A DNA stretch of 62,838 nucleotides, counting the filler, from Chiloscyllium plagiosum (Eukaryota): the NCBI RefSeq assembly GCF_004010195.1. It is 3 parts of one record of this genome, joined end to end, with 100 filler letters (N's around TTAATTAATTAA, not from the genome) between each part and the next. Parts side by side here need not be neighbours in the genome. Positions count along the whole stretch, not along the records: positions 1 to 26,593 come from NC_057710.1; 2 more parts are not named here. One strand, 5' to 3'. The notes beneath the pieces were generated by a model, which made no database searches, had not been told where the DNA came from, and was given only the letters and a program-made list of their open reading frames with translations. Numbering within the stretch: position 1 is the stretch's first letter; every line of letters starts with the position of its first letter. The translations under genes and the position numbers were made by a program. Shown in pieces: positions 12,141-23,372 of this stretch.

Positions 12141-14699
12141 CAGTTTTTTTAAAAAATTACAATGCACATCTTTGGGGGGGGGAAGAGAAGAGGAGGGTCT
12201 TTGACAGCAACTTCCTAATTTACATGATTAGCCAAGTGACAGATTGCCAGAAGCTGCTGTCCAAATTTCCACACAGTTGGTAAGTGACTACTGTTATTCG
12301 AGCTGTTATATCAGCCGCAAAAATCAAGGCCAGTGGCTTGTCTTAACATTTGATTCAAAAGACATTTGCTCCCTCTATTGGATAGTACATTCCATGAGCG
12401 TTTTCAACGCACATTGCAAACAAATCAGATTGTTCTATTCAAATCAAAGACACCAGAATGACTTCTTATAAGGCATCCTTCTGAAGTATATAATTCCATT
12501 CATCATACATTGGCGAGTTAAAACTCTTCACTGATCTGTTCATAAGAAGGGGGATCAGATACGTACCATTTTGAAGAAAAATCATTTTATTCTGGTCAAG
12601 ATTTTCCAGACAACAGAGGCTGTGGCTGGGTGGGTGGGGCTTTGGACAATGAGACTGAGAAACTGGAATATGGAACAGGTTAGACTTTTTTGTCCTGAAG
12701 ACAGTTTATTGGAAATAAAATATCAAAAGGTCAAGGAAAACTGTGCATTACCTGCTATTTACTAGCAGGTAATGCACAACAGATTACGGACTAAAGTTGC
12801 TGCATTTCCACAGACCTGAATATGGATTTTGGAGAAGTTTGCGAGGAAAAGCAAAACACTATCTGCCTCTCTCGGTCAGTGAAAAACAATTTAAAGGCAG
12901 TGGAAAGATCATTCAGTGAAGTACTCATGAGACCTTGAGGTTTCAAATAATAGGGTTCCCAACTTTATCCCCATCTGAATCTGAAATCTGGTGTGAAGAT
13001 CTTCCATCATTCTGCAATGTTCAGGAATTTGATCTCATGAACAAGAAATCAATGAAACTGTGAGAACTTAACCTCCATTCATACTTCTAACACTACAGGG
13101 ATATTGTTCCTGTTTTGTCATTTATTTTCCACAAACACAAACTGGCTTTGCAGAGCTGTGTTGTCTTATCTGTGTTTGGAATTAAGGACATATAGTTTAA
13201 TTCTGAATAGCAACTTAATTGCTGATTATTTTTGCTACTTGATTAAAGAACAAATCTTGCTTATAATAAATGAATAATGCTTGAGTTCATAAAAGAAGCC
13301 TGGTGAACTTTCTTTTTAAGTTCTGGATAGTAGCGCACAGAGACAAATTGACCATTTGTGATTCAATAAAATGTGCATTATTGGTATAGCTTGTGGAATA
13401 TGGCTGAATAACTATTGCACACCCATCAGAGCCATATCACAATTGATAAAGGCGACTAGACATGGAAGAGATTTACAGCATCAATAGTCTTAACTACTGA
13501 ACAGGTTTATTTGTAAGTACATGTTGTGGCCTTTGATACAGCTTCTGCAGTTAGACTATTTCAGTCCAGGTTCTAAGCCTTGGACTAATAGTGTGAGTAT
13601 ACTAAAGTCCATTTCTGGGCAAGTTCACAGTTTTAATTCAAGCTGCCAATGACGGGAGTCAATGGTGAAGGCATTGAAAACATAGTTGGAATTATATTCC
13701 TCTGCTAATTGAAAGATTGAAATGCATGGGCAATTACTATGAGTGTTCATGCATCATGACTTCCTCTGTGATAAGGGTGTGAAAGTTTGCTTTTAATTCC
13801 ATTGGAAGACCTTGGCCTTTATATTTTGAAGCATACCATCAATATCAGATCAAGACACAAATAACCAATTTCAATAACTGCCCTGATCTGCATATGTGGA
13901 ATTATTTTCTCTCGGTCACTGATTTCTTCTCTCCCATATGTCTAGTCTTCTCTCTTTCATATAATGTCCTCCTTTCTCGTTCTCTGTACTGCTTTCCCAT
14001 ACTCCTTTGCCCACTCCTGTGTCTCAAAACAGGAAAAACGTTTGGGAGCAGTCTTATAGGACCTTAAGTGTAACACCTAACTCTAACACAAAGACTGGCT
14101 ACTTCCAGAACTGTGTACAAAGCTTGGTAAAACAGATTTGGGTACATCTATGAAGTAAGTGTACAAACTGGAACTTAACGAGTGGGAGTTTAGTCTGCGA
14201 GTGAGCACAAGATTTTGAGTTCCTTAAGCTTAGGAACAACAGTAAATCCAACAAACTGCAATTAATTGGACATGGAAAGAATAAAAGTAAGATTTTCTGA
14301 CTAGAAAATACCAACTTAAAATGATCGTAGTTGCAAATTAAGAATATGTGCTGACCACATGGTAAGGCAAACTTCAATATGGGTGAAAAGCAGTCTAGAT
14401 AGGAAGGCAGAATTCAATACTGTAGTCTAATTTGGATACCATGATATATCATTGAGAAGTAACAACAAGGCTCACAGACAAATATATTTAGAATCAGACA
14501 TAATACAGAAGTATGTGGAATAGATATAAAGGAAATCCAAGCTAGCTATGGCTTGCACACACATAACACACAAATCATAAAGCTGCAAGCCTCAGGAGCA
14601 AACAGCAAAATGGGAATATGAGTAATCGTTGTCATTGAAATCCTGGGCAAGGGAGGGTGAGCTCTTAATATCCTTGGGTAGAGGACATTCTGGAATAAT

Positions 14700-15215
14700 T
14701 AGAAAGGGAAAAGGAAATGGGAGTTTTGATGATGAGCTGTCCGCTTAAACCGCTGCAGGCCCACAATGCTCTTAGAAAGGCAATTCCAGGATTTTGACCC
14801 AGCAAGAGTGGAGGAATGGCAATATATTTCTAAGTCAGTGAGTGCCTGGGGGGGGGAGGAACCTTGCAGGTGGTGGTGGTGTTCACATATATGATGCACT
14901 TGTCCTTCTAGATGGAAGTGGTTGATTTGTAAAGTGCAAAAATTCATCTTTGGTGAATTTTTGCAGTGCATCTTGTAGGTAGTACATATTGCTGCTACTG
15001 AGCATCGATGGTGGAGGGAGTTTATGTTTGTAGATGTGGCGCCAATCAAGCAAGCTGCTTTGTCCTGGATGGTGTCAAATTTCTTGATGTTATTGGAGCT
15101 GTACCCCAACCAGGCAAGTGGGGAGTATTCCATTACACTCCTGACTTATGCCTCGTAGGCAGTGGACAGGCTTCGAACATCAGAAGGTTAGTTATTCGCT
15201 GCAGTATTCCTGATT
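14700..15215 (-). mobile_element. 3' end of the same LINE family as 31085-35565
   Basis: MEYSPLAW..KKFDTIQDKAACLIG..SLHHRCSVAA..YKMHC..KSWNCL, homologous to 35040-35500. Confidence 0.85.
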
Positions 15216-16000
15216 GATAGATATTAGTAAGATAAAGCAGGATGTCGTGAGCATACATGTGGAAACTGTCTTCATTTTGAATTATGTCAGAGGCATGACA
15301 TATAGAAGAGGGTCAGGGATAGATTCTTACAGAACAGTAGAAGCATGTCTGCAGGAACATGAACAGAATTCACTACAAGTGATTCTCTGGCTATTACACA
15401 GATATAACAAGCACAGATAACATGCATCGTAACCTTGCTGTACAACAATTTGTTAGGATTTGGAATGTTTTGCCTCATAGTGGGTGACCATAGTTTTAAC
15501 ACTAATCATCAAAAAAGAACATTTGAAGAAATGGAGGTGTCCAAAATAACTGCTCTGTTCCTTTAAAGAGTCAATGCAGACTCAATGGATTGAACTGACT
15601 CACAAGAACAGAGGGATTAGGAACAGGAATAGGTCATTCAGCCCTTTGCATCAACTCTGTCATTTAATGAGATCACAGTTGATTTGATTGGCCTTCAATT
15701 CCACTTTTGCCTTTTCCCTCAGAAACCTTTGGCTTCCTTGTAGGTCAAGAGTGTGTAATAGTTCAGCCATCAATGCATTCAATGGCTCAAACTTGATTGG
15801 TCTTCAGGAAAGAGGATTACAGAAACTAATGACCAGAAGGGAGGAGAAAAAGCACATTTCTGTTTTAAACGGGAGACCCTATTGCTTTGACTGTTCCCCC
15901 ACCTGTCAGCCACCAGTTCTCTATGTTTGAGATTTCTCTACCGGAGAAAACACGTTCTCAGTCCCAAAGGATCTTTTATCTTTCAATGAGATCCCTCCAT
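15215..16000 (-). mobile_element. Old CR1-type LINE remnants
   Basis: Degenerate RT segment at 15215-15430 and a 3'-end segment starting aggaacaggaataggtcattcagccc at 15620-16000. Confidence 0.55.
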
Positions 16001-16592
16001 GTTCAATCCATCTCTCGCACTTCTGCCATCACCCCTTCTCCTCCCTCCCAGAACTATTAGCCCCAACTTTCCACCCCAAAAGGTTTCCACAAAGGATTCT
16101 CTTCTACCATTTCCACCACCTCCAGCAGGATACTACCTTAAACACATCTTCTGATGTGCTCTGATGAAGTGTCATCTAGTCTCAAATCACTAGCTTGCTC
16201 TCTCTCTCCATGGATGCTGCCTGACCCACTGTGATTTCCAGCTTTTTGTTTTCAGTACAGATTCCAGCATCTGCAGTAATTTGGTCCGACATCTTCTCCT
16301 TCTCTCATTGCCAGCATTCTTCAGTTACTGTTCCCTTCATGGCATCCTAGTCTCCTCCTAATACTTCCACATTCACCCATGGCATCTTCCCAAGCAATTG
16401 CATAAGATCTAACATGTGCACCATCACCACCTCCTTCCTCACGATCCAAGACCCCAGCACTTACTACGTGAAGCAACATTTTACTTGTACTTATTTAAAC
16501 TTGGTCTACTGTATTCATTGCTCACAAGACAGTGTCCCTTACATTGGCAAGACAAAATGCAGATTGTGTGACCACTTTGCAGAACACCTCAG
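16000..16592 (+). mobile_element. Old Penelope-like remnant (linker and GIY-YIG) containing a nested mini-element
   Basis: VKQHFTCTYLNLVYCIHCSQDSVPYIGKTKCRLCDHFAEHL is a VYCIxC..YIG GIY-YIG motif. Confidence 0.8.
16153..16288 (+). mobile_element. Mini PLE-tail insertion with a degenerate hammerhead core
   Basis: 9-bp TSD acatcttct at 16144-16152 and 16289-16297. ctgatga at 16161-16167. Tail gatgctgcctgacc...ccagcatctgcagt. Confidence 0.75.
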
Positions 16593-17625
16593 CAATACAC
16601 ACTGCTGCTATTGGGCATCGATGGTGGAGGAAATGAATGATTGTAAAGGTGGTGTCAAGCTTCAGCAACAAAAGCTGAATGCTAAAGAAAGTGATTCCAT
16701 CAGAGAGAGTGATATTGATGCATCCTAGGAAAATAAATATACTTCAATTGCTGATTGTGCAGTCTGCTTTCAAAAAGATTTGGGCTTTTTAAGTTTAACA
16801 TATGCTTTTGGAAGAGTTTGATACTTGCAAACAAAATATTAAAACAAAGGTCAGTCAATATGTGACTGTAAACTATGTCACTGAAATCCATTGTTTTTCA
16901 GTTTATTTATTCATTGGAAATTTGGAAATTAAACAATTTATGCAAAATAATTGATGGAATTAACTTACTTTAGAAATAACTTTGAAAACACTGCAGGGAA
17001 AATGCATGATAAATGATAAGATTATGAGCCATCAGTGAATCTAGCAAGTTTAAAGTGGTGGTGGAGAGGGCTGGGGTTGGAGTTGTTGTCATCATCAGGG
17101 GCAGTTCTACTTCACTGCCAAGAGAAATAACGATCACCAGAAACTAAATATGGGCATTCACTAATGTTGGACACTCTGAGCAATTTCCAGAAGAGTGTAA
17201 CCCAAGCATTCACTTCAATATATTGTTGTGAGTTTGCAGTTAATGAAGTGTCAGCACTAATTACTGACCTCAACAAAGCTGTGCACAAAGATCTAGTGAT
17301 ACCTGTGACACGCATTTCATTTTGCCTGACATTACTTGCTTTCGACACCAAGTATTAGGGAGTTCATGACACACAATAGTATAATGTCATGAAGGTTAAG
17401 TAAATTACGTAGTAACCACTTTGAAGTATTCTCTAAAAGCAAAGAAGAAAATAAAATGCACTTACCTCTAATCATTTATCATGAATTTTACAGAGAAAAG
17501 ACTGAAGATTCAGAATAATGTAAAAGCTAATCGCAAAAATATTAAAACCAATGATATAGGTGAGATCATTAATAATAAAAATGTTAAATTTTAGTCAACA
17601 ACCTACAAACATAAAGGAATATTAC

Positions 17626-17756
17626 CTTTTCCAGTTCCCGAGGAATTCGCAAACATGTGTACACTTTCTCCCTCCTCTCTTTGTATTTGGCTTCATTGTG
17701 TTCCAAAAGATACCCCCTTGTCAACTCAGCACTAATAAATCTCAGCAGGGACAAAT
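17626..17756 (-). CDS. TAPT1: TAPT1 internal coding exon (equivalent to exon 2), 131 bp
   Basis: Minus strand reads ttttaatatag|ATTTGTCC...GGAAAAG|gtaata and translates (x)LSLLRFISAELTRGYLLEHNEAKYKERREKVYTCLRIPRELEK. This matches TAPT1 SLLRFLSAELTRGYFLEHNEAKYTERRERVYTCLRIPRELEK as I recall it. Confidence 0.97.
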
Positions 17757-18479
17757 CTATATTAAAAAGGCATTAAAATATGCATTATTGGTTAGTTACT
17801 TTGATGTTTCTTGAAACGTTATGACCAGGTGAGTGAATTAGCTTCCCTCTTTTTTAACATCCTCAATTGCAAAGATTTTAGACTTCCAAACACACGATAC
17901 TATCAAAATATAGTTAAATTTGTAGTCAATTGGTTCAAAATGAAAAAGCTATGTTAAATAGAAGAACAGCAATTTTATTAGCTACTAACACAGAACAATA
18001 TATTAAAAATGTGACACTGGAAAACAGAGATACAAATCCATTTTCTTTTCTTATCCTCTGCCCAAAAGCCATTTTCCCAAAATACTATTCACATGTGTAT
18101 TCCCTCATCATTGTTTTGAAGGTAGAAAATCTCAATAGTGACTTTAATCTGAATTATGAAACATCCAAAAAGTTGTAAATCAAAAACAGAGGACAAAAGT
18201 TTCTTCACGACTGAGAGAGGTTCAGTGCCTTTTGATAAAATGTTAATTTTGCTCAGATTATCTTTGTTTATCTCACATTAGTTTTATGAGTTTGGCTCAT
18301 CGTTATCGGGTGGCTGAGGCCAATTTAAGTCAGTGTTTCTCCAAACCGTTTTAGGCTGGGAAATCTCAGGTATTTAATTCAGATGAAAACTGATTGCCAT
18401 GATATAGTGGCAACATGTGAACTGAGGGCAGAATGCTAGTCATTTGTCTCATTTATTAAGCAATTATTAATCTAGATAT

Positions 18480-19852
18480 GGAATCACAGTAGATGCATGA
18501 GCTCCTAAATGAATACTTCACATCAGTTTTTACTGTGGGGAAAGAAATGAAATCTAGGGAACTTGGGAGAAATGAGTAGTGATGTCTTGAAAAAGTCACA
18601 TTACTAAAGAGGTGGCACTGGAGGTTTTAAAAAGCATAAAGGTAGATCAATTCCTGGGACTTGATCAAGTGTATCCCAGGAAATTTTTGGGAAATTAGGA
18701 CATAAATAGTAGAGATATTTGTATCATTGACAGCTATGGGTAAGGTGCCAGAAGACTGGAGAATGGCCATTGGTGGACCATTATTTAGGAAAGACTTAAA
18801 GAAAAAGCCAGGGAACTTACAAACTAGTGAGTCTAAAATCAGTGGTGGATATGTTGTTGGAGGAATTTCTGAGACACAGGATCTACATGTATTTGAAAAG
18901 GCGAGGACTAATTAGGGATAGTCAACATGGCTTTCTGCATTGGAAATCTTGTCTCACAAATGGTTGAATTTGTTGAAGAGGTTACTGAGAAGACAGATGA
19001 AAGCAGTGTGTTAGACATTGTCTACATGGACTTTACCAAGGCCTTCAATAACTTTCCGTATGGTTGACTAATTAGTTAGGTTAGATCACATGGGATCCAG
19101 GGAGAGCAAACCTATTGTATACAAAATTAACTTGACAGTAAGAAACAGAGTGTTGTTGTTCAGACTGGAGGCCTATGGCCAGTAGTGTGATGCAAGGATC
19201 GATGCTGTCTCCGCTGTTGTTCATCATTTATATAAACGATTTGGACGAGAGTATAGAAAGCATGGTTAGTCAGTTTGCAGATGACACCAAAATTATTGGT
19301 ATAGTGGTCAGTGAAGAAGATTATCTAAGAGTACAATGGGATCTTGATCAATTCCAGTAACCCACCTAAAGGAAGAATGTGAAGCTTGAAAGGGTGCAGA
19401 AGATATGCAAGGTTGTTATGGAGAGTAGAATGTCTGAGTGGATAGGCTAAGACGTTTTTCCTCTGGAGCGTAGAAGGCTGAAGGCTAACCTTTTAGAGGT
19501 TTATAAAATCATGAGGGGCACAGATAAAGTGAATAGCCAGTCTTTTCCCCAGATTAGGATAGTCCAAAACTAGTGGGTATAGGTTTAAGGTGAGAGGGGG
19601 AAGATTTAACAGGGATCTGAGAGGCAACCTTTTCACAGTGAGGGTAGTACGTATATGAAATGAGCTGCCAGTGGAAGTGGTAGAGGCAAGTACAATTACA
19701 GCAACATTAAAGGGCATTTGAACAGACACATGGATAGGAAAGCTTTATAGGGGTATGGGTGAAATGCAGGCAAATGGGATTACTTCAGTTTAGGAAACCT
19801 GATTGGCATGGACAATTGGATTGAAGGGTCTGTTTCCTGCTGTATGACTGAC
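18480..19852 (+). mobile_element. CR1-type LINE, 3' half of ORF2 and tail
   Basis: LNEYFTSVFT, VPEDWRMA, QGSMLSPLLFIIYINDLD, FADDTKI, FTVRVVRI, and the tail aagggtctgtttcctgctgtatgact. Confidence 0.9.
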
Positions 19853-21249
19853 TTAAAAAGTTATCTTGCAAACTCAGCAAATGCAATTTGAAAGTAATTA
19901 TTCATAACAGTTTAAATAGGAGCAAAACATGTTGCATAAAAGATTCAAGCTTTAAAAAGAAAACTCATTTCAAATGATATTTAAATCTGAAATAGAACAT
20001 TCAAAACAAGTTATGCACGACAAATTTAAACAAACTATTGTTTGATTTTGATGAACATATTAATCATGCATTTTAATAGGAAAAAAAAGGAGGAAAAAGA
20101 GCACAGGCACTGCTTAAGATATTACTCAGACATTTCTGACAAGAAATATAGCTTCTTTTTTCCACAAAACACAGATTATCACCTAAAGTGCTTGCTGACT
20201 GAATCGATTTATAAATCAAGCAATTAAGCTACCTCAAGTTTATTGGTGTGGGTAAAACTATTAATCACCAAGTTAAAAAGCTAGTTTAGTAAATATCAAA
20301 AACAAGATGAACAATACACAGAAGAACTAATCGTCCCATTCCAGAAATTTACTGTACTATACAGATTAACTTGAGTAACTGACAAGGCAATGTCAATAAT
20401 TAGCTCAATGCCAATATCAATGCAATGAACCTAAACTAACAGATTTTGTTCATGTGAAATCTGAGATTATAAATTTGCCACAATTTATCAAACTATTTAT
20501 ATATGTTCATTTCAATGAAGAATAACTAAAACTTGCCAAACAACATTAAAATTAATAAGTACAGGTGCTATAATTTAGAGATAAAATAGAAAGTATATCA
20601 AGCCCTTAGCAGATCAATCACTCAAGTGAGGGAACATTTTCTATGCCTTAAAGAGGTTAGCAGAATGTTGTGAGTTCAGAGGGTTCCTCCAAGATGCGTT
20701 GTGGGACCATTGAGTTTGTGGCCTCCAACACATCAGAAGCTACTAACAAGGAGATACCAGGATTTCAAGGCAGTTTTTGAAATTGTTACCTTGATGGAGT
20801 TGGCTGCCAGTGATGATGTCTGGGTGCATCAAGCAGTGGAAACGCAGCAGAGTGTGTACCAACCACAGAATGCCGCCGATATGGCTAAGTGGCCATAAGG
20901 AGTCAACGTGTTGGACTCGAGAATTCCAGTGCTGCAGCTGTTAAGTAAGTAGGTTGTACTGCCTGAAATTGCTGCGTACAACCTAAGAAAAGGAGAGTCA
21001 GAGAGAAACAGCCCTGCGGACAAGACATAAGGTACATGCCACCAGACAGGGGATACACAGGAAGTCAGCTGAATCTGTGGAAGAAGAAAGCCTAGAGTCA
21101 GTAAAGTCTCAGTTAAATGTATTGGGGTGAAACGGATAGTTTGTGGGATTCTTCACAAAGTGGAGGGGAAGACAGTAAAAATGGAAGGGATAAGGAGGCA
21201 GCGGTGTCCCTGATTCCTGAATCAGAGTATCAGAAGTTGAGGGCACAGT

Positions 21250-22260
21250 TGAAATGTGTGGCGCTGGAAAAGCACAACAGGTCAGGCAGCATCTGAGGAG
21301 TAGGAGAATCAATGTTTTAGGCATAAGCGCTTCATCAGGAGTGCAGAAGGGGGCTGAGAGATAAATAGAAGTGGGGGAGGGTCCTAAGGCAGAAGAAGAT
21401 GAGGCATTTTTCCTCCAGGCATCAGGTAGCTTGGATTTGGTGATGGAATAGGCCCAGGACTTGCATGTCATTGGCAGAGTGGGAGGGGGAGTTGAAGTGG
21501 TCGATCTGGTGAAATTGACATTGATGCTGTGTGGTTGGAGGGTCCTAAGGCAGAAGAAGATGAGGCATTTTTCCTCCAGGCATCAGGTGGCTTGGATTTG
21601 GTGATGGAATAGGCCCAGGACTTGCATGTCATTGGCGGAGTGGGAGGGGGAGTTGAAGTGGTCGACCACAGGGTGGTAATATTGTTTGTTACGTGTGTCC
21701 GAGAATATTCTCTGAAACATTTCGTGAGTTGGTGTCCTGTCTCCCCACTGTAGAAGAGATCATATCAAGAGCAACGGACACCGTAGAGGAGATGTTGGAT
21801 GTGCAGGGAAATCTCTGCCGGATGTGGAAGGATCCTTTGGGGCCTTAGATGGAGGGGAGGGGAGAGATGTGGGTGCAGGTTTTACACCTCTTGCAGTGGC
21901 AAGAGAAGGTGCCAGGAGTGGAGGGTGAGGGCATGAACCTAACGAGGGAGTAGCGGAAGGAATGATCTCTGCCGAATGCTGAGGAAAATATATCTCTGGT
22001 GGTGGGGTCTTACTGCAGGTGACAGAAATGGCGGAAGATGATGTTCTGTATCCGAAGACTGGTGGAAGGTGAGGACCAGGGGGTTCTATCCTTGTTGCAG
22101 TTGGAGCGGAGGGGTTCAAGGGCTCAGTTGCGGAAAGTGGAGGAGATGCACTGGAGGGCATTGTTGAGCATGTGAGAGGGGAAATGCGGCCCTTGAAATA
22201 GGACGCCATCTGGGATGTTCTGGAGTGAATTTGCTCCTCCTCGGAACAGATATGGCGGAA
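21250..22260 (-). mobile_element. Penelope-like element, left arm of an inverted pair (contains a ~126-bp internal direct duplication)
   Basis: Reverse-complement homology to 22329-23372 (SQMASYFK). Degenerate hammerhead cctgatgaagcgcttatgcctaaaacattg on the minus strand near 21310-21340. Confidence 0.88.
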
Positions 22261-22328
22261 ATGGGGGATTAGTGAGTAAGGGATAGAGGGTTTGTGAAGT
22301 TGATGAACTGTTCAACCTCCTCCGTGGG

Positions 22329-23372
22329 TGCAATTCCACTCCAGAGCATCCCAGATGACCTCCTACTTCAAGGACCGCAATTCCCCCTACCAGGTGCTCA
22401 ACAATGTCCTCCAGCGCATCTCTTCCACTTTCCCCACCTCCGCCCTTGAACCCCTTCCCTCCAACCGCAACAAGGACAGAACACCCCCAGTCCTCACCTT
22501 CCACCCCACCAATCTCCAGATACAACGCATCATCCTTTGCCATTTCTATAGTCAGACCCCACCGTCACAGATACATTTCCCTCCCCATACCGACTAGCAT
22601 TCCGCAGAGACAATTCCCTCCACAACTTCCTTGTTAGGTCATCGCACCCCTATCAACCCACCCTCCACTCCTGACACCTTCCCTTGCCAACGCAAGAGGT
22701 GTAAAACCTGTGCACAGATCTCCCCCCTCACCTCCATCCAAAACCCCAAAGGATCCTTTCACATCCAGCAGAGATGTTCCTGCCCATCCAAACACCTCAA
22801 CTACTCTGTCCGTTGTTCTTGATGTGGTCTCCTCCACATTGGGGACACAGGATGCCAACTTCAAGAAAGTTTTAGGGACCATCTCTGGGATGCACGCACC
22901 AAACAACCCCACCACCCTGTGGCCGACCACTTCAACTCCTCCGCCAAGGACATGCAAGTCCTGGGCCACCTTCACAGTCAAATTCTAGCTACCCAATGCC
23001 TGGACAAAGAACGCCTCATCTTCCCCCTAGAGACCCTCCAACCACACGACATCAACGTCGATGTCACCAGTTTCCTCATCTCCTGTCTTCCTACCTTATC
23101 CCAGATCCAACCCTGCAACTTGGCATTGCCCTCTTGAACTGTCCCACCTGTCCATCTTCCTTCCCACCTATCACCAAATTCCCCCCCCCCACCATCATTG
23201 GCAGATGGAGCTGATAGGATACCCATTATTGGCAAAGACTTTGCATAGGTGTTCCTCCTTTTCTTTTTAAAAAAAAAGGACCTACCCCACCTTAGAAACG
23301 TACCTGTTGTGCTTTTCCAGCACCACATTTTGATTCTGACTCTCTAGCATCTGCAGTCCGTACGTTCTCCGA
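22329..23372 (+). mobile_element. Penelope-like element, right arm of an inverted pair
   Basis: SQMTSYFKDRN..DRTPPVLTFHP, TFPCQRKRCKTC, ADHFNS..KDMQVLG..ERLIFPLETLQPHDINVD. Ends in the tail ctagcatctgcagtccgtacgttctcc. Confidence 0.9.

Noticed and set aside
12800..13450. Possible old LTR
   Set aside because: The composition is suggestive, but I could not identify TG..CA termini, a TSD or a partner copy.
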